Positions 8,980 to 18,385 of a stretch of 64,000 nucleotides of DNA are shown here, in pieces. This DNA is from Candidatus Cloacimonadales bacterium (GTDB lineage: Bacteria; Cloacimonadota; Cloacimonadia; Cloacimonadales; JAFGVF01), in contig CAXXJV010000001.1 of NCBI GenBank assembly GCA_963663475.2, positions 992,001-1,056,000 of the forward strand, written 5' to 3'. The translations under genes and the position numbers were made by a program. Numbering within the stretch: the stretch's first letter is position 1; every line of letters begins with the position of its first letter. Below the pieces are notes generated by a model. The model ran no database searches. It saw nothing but the letters and a program-made list of their open reading frames with translations, and was not told the DNA's origin.

Positions 8980-10434
8980 ATGGAAAAGATTAAAATTGAT
9001 TTATCTAACTTAAGCAAGATATTCCCACAAGAGTTTACAGAAGGTCAAAAAGCTAAAGCTCAGACTCTTTTTCTCAAGAAGTTATCTGAAAAAGCCCACA
9101 GATTTTATGGGGGTAAGATGCAAACACTACCAAAAGCAGGTCTTTATGGCTTCAATTGGTTCAATGTTTGGTATACACCAGGAGTATCACAAGTATCGAC
9201 TACTTTAAGAGATAATCCTATTGAAGCTTATAATATGAGTAACAAGGGCAATCTAGTAGCAGTTGTCTCAGATTCTACTCGTGTTTTAGGTGATGGTGAT
9301 TGTGGTAAGTATGGCGGATTAGGGGTTATGGAAGGTAAGGCTTTTTTAATGAAATATTTAGGTGGCATTGATGCGCTAGCTCTTTGTATTAACAATCGAG
9401 ACAAAGATGGTCAGCCAAATCCTGATAAAGTGATTGATTTTGTAAAAATGCTTGAACCTTCATTTGGGGCAGTTAATTTAGAAGATATTTCTCAACCTAA
9501 TTGCTATAAGGTCTTAGATGAACTAAGAAATGATTGTGAAATTCCTGTTTGGCATGATGATGCTCAAGGTACTGCTTCAGTAACCTTAGCAGGATTAATT
9601 AATGCTTTGAAATTGGCAGATAAAAAGATAGATCAAGTAAAAACAGTATTAATGGGGGCAGGGGCAGCTAACTCTACAATTGCTAAGATTCTCATGACAG
9701 CAGGTATGCCTGGAGAAAACATGGTGATTTTTGATGCTCAAGGAGCTTTATCTACTGAGAGAAATGATTTTGCAGAAGATGCATTATCTTATCGGCAATG
9801 GGAACTCTGTCAAAAAACTAATCCTCATAAAATTAAAGATATTACTAAGGCTATGCAGGGGGCTGATGTACTGATTGCAGTTTCCAAGCCTGGTCCTGAT
9901 ACAGTTAAGCCTGAATGGATTAAGACAATGAGTGAAAAAGCTATTGTTTTTACTTGTGCCAATCCTATTCCTGAAATCTATCCTTATGCAGCTAAAGAGG
10001 CTGGAGCTTACATAGTTGCTACTGGTAGAGGAGACTTTCCTAATCAAGTCAATAATTCACTTGGCTTTCCTGGTATTTTAAAAGGTGCTCTTACTGTTCA
10101 AGCAAGTAAAATTACAGACAATATGGCAATTGCAGCAGCCTATTCATTGGCTAATTATGCAGAGAAAAGGGGTATTACTCCAGACAATATTATCCCCACA
10201 ATGGATGAGACAGAGGTCTTTCCTCAAGAAGCAGCTGATGTTGCTATGCAGGCAATTAAAGATGGAGTAGCTAGAAGACATCTTAGTCATGAAGAGGTCT
10301 TTAATATTGCTAAAAATGACATCCAAGAAGCAAGAGATACCATGAAACTTCTTATGGAACAGGGAATGATAAAGCAGCCACCTTTGGAGATGCTAGAAGA
10401 AGTATTAACATGGACAATCTCGCAGATTAGATAA
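8980..10434 (+). CDS. NAD(P)-dependent malic enzyme
   Basis: YTPGV, VMEGKA, NLEDI, HDDAQGTA, GAGAA, ANPIPEI, TGRGDFPNQVNN. Confidence 0.92.
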   Translation: MEKIKIDLSNLSKIFPQEFTEGQKAKAQTLFLKKLSEKAHRFYGGKMQTLPKAGLYGFNWFNVWYTPGVSQVSTTLRDNPIEAYNMSNKGNLVAVVSDSTRVLGDGDCGKYGGLGVMEGKAFLMKYLGGIDALALCINNRDKDGQPNPDKVIDFVKMLEPSFGAVNLEDISQPNCYKVLDELRNDCEIPVWHDDAQGTASVTLAGLINALKLADKKIDQVKTVLMGAGAANSTIAKILMTAGMPGENMVIFDAQGALSTERNDFAEDALSYRQWELCQKTNPHKIKDITKAMQGADVLIAVSKPGPDTVKPEWIKTMSEKAIVFTCANPIPEIYPYAAKEAGAYIVATGRGDFPNQVNNSLGFPGILKGALTVQASKITDNMAIAAAYSLANYAEKRGITPDNIIPTMDETEVFPQEAADVAMQAIKDGVARRHLSHEEVFNIAKNDIQEARDTMKLLMEQGMIKQPPLEMLEEVLTWTISQIR

Positions 10435-10441
10435 TAAAAAG

Positions 10442-11827
10442 ATGATTAAAGGTTTTCCAAAATTAGCTGTCATAGTCTTTTTGACTATCTTAGTCTTTGC
10501 TCTCTACACTTTACTTATTCCCAAATATAATTATAGTAAGCTGTTTAAGCAGGGTAATGATTCTCTACTAGTTCTTGCTTCAGATATTACTCAAAGAGAC
10601 TCATTACAATCTAGTAAGCTTCAAGAAGAGTCAAAGCCTAAAAAGAAGAAAAAAAAGTATGTTAAGAAAATTAAGCCAGTTTCTTTTGATGAGATTATTG
10701 GTGGAGATAATTTTACTAACATAAAACCATTTTTTTCTAAGTTAAAGAAGCTAGATAAAAATGAGAAGGTAAAAGTCAGAATAGCTTATTTTGGGGATTC
10801 CATTACTGAATCTGATTTAGCAACTAATCGTTTGAGAAGTGTTTGGCAAGATAGTCTTGGAGGTAAAGGTATTGGATTTCTGCCTGCTGTTTCTAAGTTA
10901 AGTCAATATAGGGCATCAATCAAGCATACTTATAGCAATAACTGGAAAGAGTATTCTATAAGCAGAAAGCAAGATAGAGCATATCCTCTGGGTCTCTTTG
11001 GCAATGTTGCGGTTCCCTCTCAAATTAAAATGGATTCTTTAGGGATTGACACTAGTAGTGTCAGTTGGCATTCATTTAGTATGATGGAGGGGAACTGGTT
11101 AGCAAAGCCTACATTAATGGTTTTAAACCCTAAAGCTCCTTTGGAGATTGAATATTTAGCAAATCGAGATACATTAAGAAAAACTATTAAGGTCAGCGAT
11201 AAACTTCAGTTTATTTCTCTTAGTGATTCCTTGTTAAAATACTTATCTATTTCTTACTATCCCCAAGATACTACATATGTATATGGACTTGATTTTAGTG
11301 ATAATAAAGGGATTTATTTAGATAATTACTCACTGAGAGGCAATAAAGGAAATAATTTCCTCTACTTAGAAAAATCTATTCTTGAACAAGCATTTGCCTT
11401 TTTTAATTATGACCTGCTTATCTTACATTATGGTGCTAATGTAACAGACCCAATTATGAAAGATTATAGCTGGTATAGAATCTCGATGAAGAAGAATATC
11501 AGGTATTTGAAAGAGACTTTACAGGAAACACCAATAATTCTATTTAGCGTAGGTGATAGGGGGGCTATGAAAGATTCTTTATGGCTTTCTTCACCTGATT
11601 TACCTTACTTAATCAAAGAACAAAAGAGAATTGCTAAAGACACTGATATTGGTTTCTTCAATGTTTTTACTGCCTTGGGAGGAGAAAATAGTAATGTTAA
11701 ACTGGAAAAAAATAAAATCTTAACTCCAGACCATACTCACTTCACTCGTAAAGGAGCTAGGTATTTTGGAGACTTATTATATAATAAATTTAATGATGAA
11801 TATCTCAAATTCTTGGAAAATAAATGA
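10442..11827 (+). CDS. Membrane-anchored SGNH/GDSL-family O-acetyltransferase or esterase (PatB/AlgX-like)
   Basis: N-terminal TM helix, FGDS, YGAN, DHTH; overlaps MBOAT gene. Confidence 0.75.
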   Translation: MIKGFPKLAVIVFLTILVFALYTLLIPKYNYSKLFKQGNDSLLVLASDITQRDSLQSSKLQEESKPKKKKKKYVKKIKPVSFDEIIGGDNFTNIKPFFSKLKKLDKNEKVKVRIAYFGDSITESDLATNRLRSVWQDSLGGKGIGFLPAVSKLSQYRASIKHTYSNNWKEYSISRKQDRAYPLGLFGNVAVPSQIKMDSLGIDTSSVSWHSFSMMEGNWLAKPTLMVLNPKAPLEIEYLANRDTLRKTIKVSDKLQFISLSDSLLKYLSISYYPQDTTYVYGLDFSDNKGIYLDNYSLRGNKGNNFLYLEKSILEQAFAFFNYDLLILHYGANVTDPIMKDYSWYRISMKKNIRYLKETLQETPIILFSVGDRGAMKDSLWLSSPDLPYLIKEQKRIAKDTDIGFFNVFTALGGENSNVKLEKNKILTPDHTHFTRKGARYFGDLLYNKFNDEYLKFLENK

Positions 11828-13368
11828 TGTTGGATAAAATACTAAACTTTTTTACTTATGATTCTGCCAATCCAATTCAGTTTAATTCACCTGCTTTTTT
11901 AGTTTTCATAAGTCTTGTTTTTATTGGCTATCCTTATGTTGTTAGAAAAATAAAAGTTAGAACTATTTATCTTCTCTTATTTTCTCTCTTTTTCTTTTAT
12001 AAAACTTCAGGAGTATTTTGGCTACTTCTCGTAGGAACAGGCCTGATAAACTTCATATTAGGTAAGTTAATCTACAATAATAGGAAAGATGCTAAAATTT
12101 ATTTAATTCTGAGTATAATCTGGAATCTAGCCTCTCTCTCTTATTTTAAATATACTAATTATGTTATAGATGCCTTTAATGCTATGAGTGGCAGCCAAAT
12201 TAATCCTCTAGATATTGTATTTCCAGCAGGAATATCCTTCTTTACTTTTCAAACAATGAGCTATACTATAGATATTTATCGAAAAAAACTCAAAGCTATT
12301 AATAGTTTTTTGGATTTTGCTTTCTTTGTTAGCTTCTTCCCACAATTAGTTGCTGGCCCTATTGTTCGAGCTGCAGATTTTCTACCCCAGATTAATAAGA
12401 AAAAAACACTATCTAATAAAGATATTTCTCAAGCCCTATTACTTATCTTAAATGGACTCTTCAAGAAAATGTTAATTGCTGATTTCTTGGCTCTCCATTA
12501 TATCCAGAATGTCTTTGCTAACCCTACAGCTTTTGACGGATTTACAAATCTTATAGCTGTTTATGCCTATGCTATTAAAATATATTGCGACTTTTCTGCC
12601 TATTCTGATATGGCTATTGGACTAGCTAAATTATTGGGTTTTAACTTACTAGAAAACTTTAATTTCCCTTATAGAGCTACTTCGGTAAAAGACTTTTGGG
12701 CAAGATGGCATATCTCACTTTCCACTTGGCTACGTGATTATCTCTATATCCCTCTTGGAGGAAATAGGAAAGGTAATGTCTATTTAAACCTCATGATTAC
12801 TATGCTTCTAGGAGGACTTTGGCATGTTAGACCAAATGCCTTTTGGACATATATCACCTGGGGTGCTTTACATGGAATAGCCTTAATTATCCATAGAATA
12901 TGGGCAAAAACTAGTTTAGCTACTTTTATCAACAAGAAACAAGTTCTTTCCCTATCATTAAAACCTCTAGCTTGGTTAATTACTTTTAATTTTATCTGTT
13001 TAACTTGGGTCTTTTTCAGAGCAAATACAGTGTCTAATGCCTGGGTTATGCTTACAGCAATTTTTTCAGATTTATCCTTACAGCAATTTTCTTATTGGTT
13101 GGGGGAATACAGAATTGTCGCTATTATTCTCTTAATTAGCTATATTCTTCACTTCCTACCTACTAGTATAGATCTTAAACTGTCTAAGGAAATTAGCAAA
13201 TTAGGACTTATTGCACATGTAATAATCCTGTCCCTCTCTCTAATTATCCTCAGCGAATTCCAAAGATTTGAGAAAGCTTTTGCTAGTTTCTCTAGGGTAA
13301 ATAATGAAGAAAATATCCAAGAAGAGAGTGAATATAAGGTCCAGCAATTTGAATACTACAAGTTTTAA
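11824..13368 (+). CDS. MBOAT-family O-acyltransferase (AlgI/PatA-like)
   Basis: GISFFTFQ, FFPQLVAGPIVR, DFSAYSDMAIG, RWHISLSTWLRDY, GLWH. Confidence 0.92.
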   Translation: MMLDKILNFFTYDSANPIQFNSPAFLVFISLVFIGYPYVVRKIKVRTIYLLLFSLFFFYKTSGVFWLLLVGTGLINFILGKLIYNNRKDAKIYLILSIIWNLASLSYFKYTNYVIDAFNAMSGSQINPLDIVFPAGISFFTFQTMSYTIDIYRKKLKAINSFLDFAFFVSFFPQLVAGPIVRAADFLPQINKKKTLSNKDISQALLLILNGLFKKMLIADFLALHYIQNVFANPTAFDGFTNLIAVYAYAIKIYCDFSAYSDMAIGLAKLLGFNLLENFNFPYRATSVKDFWARWHISLSTWLRDYLYIPLGGNRKGNVYLNLMITMLLGGLWHVRPNAFWTYITWGALHGIALIIHRIWAKTSLATFINKKQVLSLSLKPLAWLITFNFICLTWVFFRANTVSNAWVMLTAIFSDLSLQQFSYWLGEYRIVAIILLISYILHFLPTSIDLKLSKEISKLGLIAHVIILSLSLIILSEFQRFEKAFASFSRVNNEENIQEESEYKVQQFEYYKF

Positions 13369-13391
13369 AGCCCTTAATAATGGGCTTTTTT
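13367..13391 (+). terminator. Terminator after MBOAT gene
   Basis: AAAGCCC...GGGCTTT followed by T-run. Confidence 0.7.
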
Positions 13392-13398
13392 AATAAAA

Positions 13399-13425
13399 TT
13401 AGCAGTCTTTTAAAAATTCTGCTAA
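13399..13425 (+). promoter_or_regulatory. CIRCE-like (HrcA) operator upstream of hsp20
   Basis: TTAGCAGTC-N9-TTCTGCTAA versus consensus TTAGCACTC-N9-GAGTGCTAA; followed by TTGCAT-17-TATATT. Confidence 0.65.
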
Positions 13426-13511
13426 TTTTTATTTGCATTATCCTAATCTTTGATTATATTACTAGTGTAATTAAAGAAAATAATAAAAAAAACTAAAGAT
13501 TAGGAGGAAAT

Positions 13512-13916
13512 ATGAACTTCTTAAAAACTAGAAATTATATGCCAAGCTGGTCATTGTTTGATGAGTTACTAAACAGCTTTGAAGCTGATGATGCAAGAAG
13601 AATGGCTCTTGATATTATTGAAAATGAAAAAGAGTTTGTAATCAAGGCTGATCTTCCTGGATTTGATAAAAAAGATATTAAGGTTTCTGTAAAGAATAAT
13701 CAATTAACTATTGAAGCTGAGAAGAATGTTGAAAACAAAGTTGAAAGTGGAACTATTCACAGAGAAGAAAGATTCTCAGGTAAATATATGAGAACTTTAT
13801 CACTTCCTGAAAACTGTGTTAGCAATAATATCTCAGCAAAATTGGAAAATGGGGTTCTTGATCTTATAATTAGGAAAAAAGAGATTGAACCTGCTAAACA
13901 AATTACTATCGATTAA
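13512..13916 (+). CDS. Hsp20/alpha-crystallin small heat shock protein
   Basis: DLPGFDKKDI, ERFSGKYMRTLSLP, AKLENGVL; SD AGGAGG. Confidence 0.93.
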   Translation: MNFLKTRNYMPSWSLFDELLNSFEADDARRMALDIIENEKEFVIKADLPGFDKKDIKVSVKNNQLTIEAEKNVENKVESGTIHREERFSGKYMRTLSLPENCVSNNISAKLENGVLDLIIRKKEIEPAKQITID

Positions 13917-13949
13917 CTCTCCTATCAAAAGTAAATAAGCTAAGAATAG

Positions 13950-13979
13950 AAAGCCCTGGTTGCGACTAGGGCTTTTTTT
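13950..13979 (+). terminator. Terminator after hsp20
   Basis: AAAGCCCTGGT...ACTAGGGCTTT followed by T-run. Confidence 0.75.
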
Positions 13980-14076
13980 AGGCTCAAGTTCAAGTCTGGT
14001 GGGAATAATATAGGAAAATGAGAATATTTCATTACAATATTGATTCATCAAAAATCCCTGACTTGAACTTGAGCCT
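13980..14076. repeat. MITE-like element (family B, short form) with 17-bp terminal inverted repeats
   Basis: AGGCTCAAGTTCAAGTC...GACTTGAACTTGAGCCT; further copies at 17588-17953 and (reverse, partial) about 57645-57868. Confidence 0.85.
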
Positions 14077-14077
14077 C

Positions 14078-14173
14078 CTTTTTGTTGGAGACCGGAGTTC
14101 CTCAGCCGTAGGCAAGGGACTTCGGGTGAAGAGTGTCGGAAGTCGCTACTCCGTGAGCAACTCCCGTCACTCT
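14078..14173. repeat. GC-rich hairpin repeat (family A)
   Basis: Identical to 17955-18050; diverged copy at 241-335 and fragment near 58000-58040. Confidence 0.9.
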
Positions 14174-14262
14174 ATCTGCCTTTAGCAAGAATGAAAAATT
14201 AAAGAAGAAGGATTTCTGCATCTCCCAATTATTTAAGCTAAACTGGAAATTTAATCGTGATT

Positions 14263-14453
14263 CTAACTTGCTAGACTTTAACCCAAATGATACAGTAGAC
14301 CTTTGCGAATAGCAGAATCTTCTTTTGCTAAAGTAAGATCCATAATTTCTCCGAATATATGAAATATATGCGTCAAAATTCTGTAAGCTATTTTGCTAAA
14401 AGAATCTGCACTCTTCACTAAAGTTCTTCTAAACTATCTGGGCTAAAGGCATA
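14263..14453. repeat. Dispersed intergenic repeat (family D)
   Basis: CAGTAGA(C/T)CTTTGCGAATAGCAGAATCTTCTTTTGC shared with 57588-57630; related segments at 33429-33450 and (reverse) 52480-52590. Confidence 0.75.
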
Positions 14454-14529
14454 GTCACCATAAATATTAACTAATAATTGACATGAAAAATATTTTAATT
14501 ATACTATAAATAGTATGATAGGAGAAAAT

Positions 14530-14982
14530 ATGGAAACTGTTAATTATTTAGATATAGATAGATTTATGGGGGATTGGTATGTTATTGCCATAATCCCAAA
14601 TTTTATAGAGAAGTATGCATGTAATGGAATAGAAAGTTATAAACGTGGGAGAGGCAATAAGATAGAAATAACCTATACTTTCTTTAATAAAAAGCTGGGT
14701 CGCAAAAAGGTAATGCACCCTAAAGGCGAGATTTATAACAGGACCTCAAATGCAGAGTGGCGAGTGCAATTTATCTGGCCACTAAAATTTCCCTATTTAG
14801 TTCTCGATTTGGCCGATGATTATCGATATACTTCTATTGGGCTACCTAACAAGAAATTTGTTTGGATTATGAGTAGGACACCTCAAATGAGTGAAAATGA
14901 TTATGCTAATGCGCTAAAGAAGCTTGCAAACTTAACTTATGATGTGGGAAAAATTCAGAAAATGGAGCAGATATGGGACTAG
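14530..14982 (+). CDS. Lipocalin family protein (Blc-like, no signal peptide)
   Basis: GDWY lipocalin motif, VQFIWP, DDY, WIMSRTP; start after GGAG. Confidence 0.88.
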   Translation: METVNYLDIDRFMGDWYVIAIIPNFIEKYACNGIESYKRGRGNKIEITYTFFNKKLGRKKVMHPKGEIYNRTSNAEWRVQFIWPLKFPYLVLDLADDYRYTSIGLPNKKFVWIMSRTPQMSENDYANALKKLANLTYDVGKIQKMEQIWD

Positions 14983-16760
14983 CCAATCTCAAAATTAGTT
15001 ATCTTGATGGGGTAAGGTTTTATAATGCTTTTATAGCTGGAGGTCATGCCTTAATAAAAGAAAAATCATATCTAAACCAAATAAATGTTTTTCCGGTAGC
15101 AGATGCAGATACTGGGACAAACTTAGTTACTACTTTTAATGCAATCATTAATAAATCTCAGAAATATCCTTCTCTAAAAGATACTATTCAATCAATATCT
15201 GATTCGGCTCTAATGGGAGCTAGGGGAAATTCAGGAATCATCTTTGCCCAGTTTTTGGTAGGCCTCAGTAAAGAATTAGGGGATGCTTGTTCCATCACTA
15301 TTGATAAGTTTGCTGAAAGTGCAATTAGGGCAATGACTCATGTCTATGATTCCATTTCAGAACCAGTGGAAGGAACAATTCTCACAGTAATGCAAGCTTG
15401 GTCTCAAGCGATCAAGAGCTATAGCTCTTTTTCACAAGATTATATTCCTGTCCTTACCTCAGCATATTCAGTTGCTCAAGAGGCCTTAAAAGAGACACCT
15501 AATCAGCTTGCTCTTCTTAAAGAAGCTGGTGTTGTAGATGCAGGAGCTCAAGGATTTGTAAGTTTTCTTTCAGGAATAATGGATTTTATTACTTCAGGAA
15601 CAATTAAAGGTCTTGAACAAGATATTCCTAGAAACAATCAAGAAGACATACTTAATCATGATTTGCTTGATAATACAGGTTATCGTTATTGCACAGAAGC
15701 AGTTATTTCGGAATGTAAGCTTGATCTTAAGCAATTTAAAGCTAGATTTAAAAATCATGGTTCGTCATTAATTATTGCAGGTAGCAAGACTAAGATGCAT
15801 CTGCATATCCATACTGATAGACCTGATGAATTCTTCAATGAAGTTAAAGATATTGCTAATATTGAAGATATTAAAGTAGATGATATGTTTAGACAATTTC
15901 AGATTAACCATAAACGGAAATATTCCATAGGGATAGTAACCGATTCTGCCTGTGATTTACCAAGAGATATAATCGAAAAATATCAAATTCAAGAAATAGC
16001 TTTTGGCATTAATTTTGGTAAAAATTTATTCTTAGATAAACAAACTATTACTTCAGATAATTTTTATTACCTCTTAGAGCATGATAGAAATCATCCAGTA
16101 AGTTCTCAGCCAAGTCCTAAAGCAATAGAAAGTATTTATGAGATGATGAATAATAATTACCAACATACCTTTGCTATTCATATATCTAAAGAGCTATCAG
16201 GTCTATATTCATCTGCAAAAAATTTGTCTAAAAAATTTGATAAAGTTGAAGTCATAAATAGTAAACACTTATCAGGAAGTTTAGGCTTACTTGTCTTAAG
16301 ATTAGCTATTGAAATAGATAAAGGAAGAGATTATTTCCAAATAAAAGCAGACCTTCCCCAATGGATTAGTAAAACTAAAATTTTAACTGATATAAATACC
16401 TTAAAATATTTTGTAAGGGGTGGAAGAATTTCAACTTTAAAAGGATTTGCAGCCCAAATGCTAAACATTAAACCAATAATTTCCCTTGATGAAAACGGTA
16501 AGGGCATAGCTATTGGAAAATCTCATAGTAGAAAACAGAATATGAAGACTATTATTTCCAAAATTACAGACTTTGCAGAGGGAGGGAAAGTCTGGAATTA
16601 TGCAATTCTCCATGCTAAGGCTCCTCAGCGAGCCAAAGAATATGCAGATAAGTTAACTTTAATTCTTAAGAAAGAACCTGCTTTCACCTTAGCAATCTCT
16701 CCAGTAATTGGAGTGCATAATGGTATAGGTTCAGTGGCTGTTTGTATTATGCTAGAATAA
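14973..16760 (+). CDS. DAK2-DegV fusion (fatty acid kinase FakA/FakB-like)
   Basis: LNQINVFPVADADTGTN, GARGNSG, PVEGTILTV, VVDAG; DegV part TDSACDLP, SSQPSP, GGRI, IKPI. Confidence 0.9.
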   Translation: MGLANLKISYLDGVRFYNAFIAGGHALIKEKSYLNQINVFPVADADTGTNLVTTFNAIINKSQKYPSLKDTIQSISDSALMGARGNSGIIFAQFLVGLSKELGDACSITIDKFAESAIRAMTHVYDSISEPVEGTILTVMQAWSQAIKSYSSFSQDYIPVLTSAYSVAQEALKETPNQLALLKEAGVVDAGAQGFVSFLSGIMDFITSGTIKGLEQDIPRNNQEDILNHDLLDNTGYRYCTEAVISECKLDLKQFKARFKNHGSSLIIAGSKTKMHLHIHTDRPDEFFNEVKDIANIEDIKVDDMFRQFQINHKRKYSIGIVTDSACDLPRDIIEKYQIQEIAFGINFGKNLFLDKQTITSDNFYYLLEHDRNHPVSSQPSPKAIESIYEMMNNNYQHTFAIHISKELSGLYSSAKNLSKKFDKVEVINSKHLSGSLGLLVLRLAIEIDKGRDYFQIKADLPQWISKTKILTDINTLKYFVRGGRISTLKGFAAQMLNIKPIISLDENGKGIAIGKSHSRKQNMKTIISKITDFAEGGKVWNYAILHAKAPQRAKEYADKLTLILKKEPAFTLAISPVIGVHNGIGSVAVCIMLE

Positions 16761-16799
16761 TCCCAAATAGTGATTATATTCAAGGAATAAGGAGATAAT

Positions 16800-17579
16800 A
16801 TGGTAGATTTACTTATGGCAAATGCAATTCTTATACTTAGCTTTTTTACTTTGCTATTTATTTTAGCTTTGATCAAAAAAGATAACTCAATAGTAGATAT
16901 TGCTTGGGGAATGGGTTTCATTTTAGTTAGTCTTTTCACCCTCTATATGCAAGCTTCTGATAACAAGAGATTCCACTTGCTGGTAGTTTTGATATTAATC
17001 TGGGGCTTGCGCTTATCCTTTTATATCTTAGCTAGAAATCGAGGGAAAAAAGAAGATTTTCGTTATGCTCAATGGCGAAGAGATTGGGGAAGATTCTGGA
17101 TTATCAGAAGTTTTGTTCAAGTATTTATGCTTCAAGCCTTCTTCTTATTAACAATAGTCTATCCCCTTTTAATGGTTTCTCAAAGCACTTTTACTAGCTT
17201 TACTCTTCTTGATCTTGTAGGTGTGGCGCTATGGCTACTTGGTTTTCTTTTCCAAGCTCTAGGAGATTATCAGAAATCTGCCTTTAAGAAAAACTCTGCT
17301 AATAAGGGCAAGATTATGCAGTCAGGACTATGGCGATATAGTAGACACCCCAATTATTTCGGAGAATCTGCTATGTGGTGGGGAATATTTATCATCACTT
17401 TAAATATCAAGCACGGTATTTATGCTATATTTAGTCCTGCTATTATTACATTTCTTCTCCTTTTTGTCTCTGGTATCCCCCTCTTAGAAAAGAGATATAA
17501 AAATAATGCTGACTTTCAAGATTATAAAAAAAGGACCAGTGCCTTTATTCCCTGGTTTCCTAAAAAGTTGAATAACTGA
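16800..17579 (+). CDS. DUF1295 / steroid 5-alpha-reductase-like membrane protein
   Basis: [36 protein letters not shown]. Confidence 0.88.
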   Translation: MVDLLMANAILILSFFTLLFILALIKKDNSIVDIAWGMGFILVSLFTLYMQASDNKRFHLLVVLILIWGLRLSFYILARNRGKKEDFRYAQWRRDWGRFWIIRSFVQVFMLQAFFLLTIVYPLLMVSQSTFTSFTLLDLVGVALWLLGFLFQALGDYQKSAFKKNSANKGKIMQSGLWRYSRHPNYFGESAMWWGIFIITLNIKHGIYAIFSPAIITFLLLFVSGIPLLEKRYKNNADFQDYKKRTSAFIPWFPKKLNN

Positions 17580-17587
17580 CTTCTTTT

Positions 17588-17953
17588 GGCTCAAATTAAA
17601 GTCTGGTGGGAATAATATAGGGAAATGAGAATATTTCATTACTATATTGATTTATCAAAAATCCCTGAAAGGGATAAAATAATTTAGCCCAGGGTAAGAT
17701 GCTGAAAGTATCGCAACCCTGGTTAATGATGGCTAGCCCAAAGATATTACCCTGTAAGGGTTTAATAAAATGATAAATAATATATTATTGTATAAGTCTA
17801 TGGTATATATGATGTTATTTAACCCTTTCAGGGTTAGGCTTTGTTTTTCATTACCAGTACCCAGGCTTGCATTCCCTTCAGGAATTTAACCCGGGCTAAA
17901 CTATTTATCCCCTTTAGGGATTTAAGACTTATCCCTGACTTGAACTTGAGCCT
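17588..17953. repeat. MITE-like element (family B, long form) containing a 270-bp REP-pair segment (family C)
   Basis: Same ends as 13980-14076; extra segment bounded by the direct repeat ATCCCTGA (17661-17668, 17931-17938); contains CCCT-N2-3-AGGG palindromes. Confidence 0.85.
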
Positions 17954-17954
17954 G

Positions 17955-18050
17955 CTTTTTGTTGGAGACCGGAGTTCCTCAGCCGTAGGCAAGGGACTTC
18001 GGGTGAAGAGTGTCGGAAGTCGCTACTCCGTGAGCAACTCCCGTCACTCT
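17955..18050. repeat. GC-rich hairpin repeat (family A)
   Basis: Identical to 14078-14173. Confidence 0.9.
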
Positions 18051-18385
18051 TCATATAATCTTACTTGCAACTTTCTATTATTCAAGCAATATGCTATAAT
18101 GAAAGTCTTTTATTTACAACCAGACTTGAACAAGAGTCTAAAATGGCTAGAGATAAAGAGATTTACCTGTGATTGAAGTCCTTTAACTAAGCTCATTATT
18201 GTGTGTAAAATTTACTACAATTATTCTAACAAATCATCAAGATAAATTTATCGAATTAAAAAACTTGCAAAATTTTAAAGACTCATTTATTTGGGGACTA
18301 ATAGAATATCTTATAAAATAAAATACATTTACCAAGATAATTATTTAGAGAATTATAAAATATTAAAAAAATATTGGGAGAAAAG

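Noticed and set aside
17841-18176. 111-aa ORF
   Set aside because: Made of repeat families C, B and A; TTG start; likely spurious
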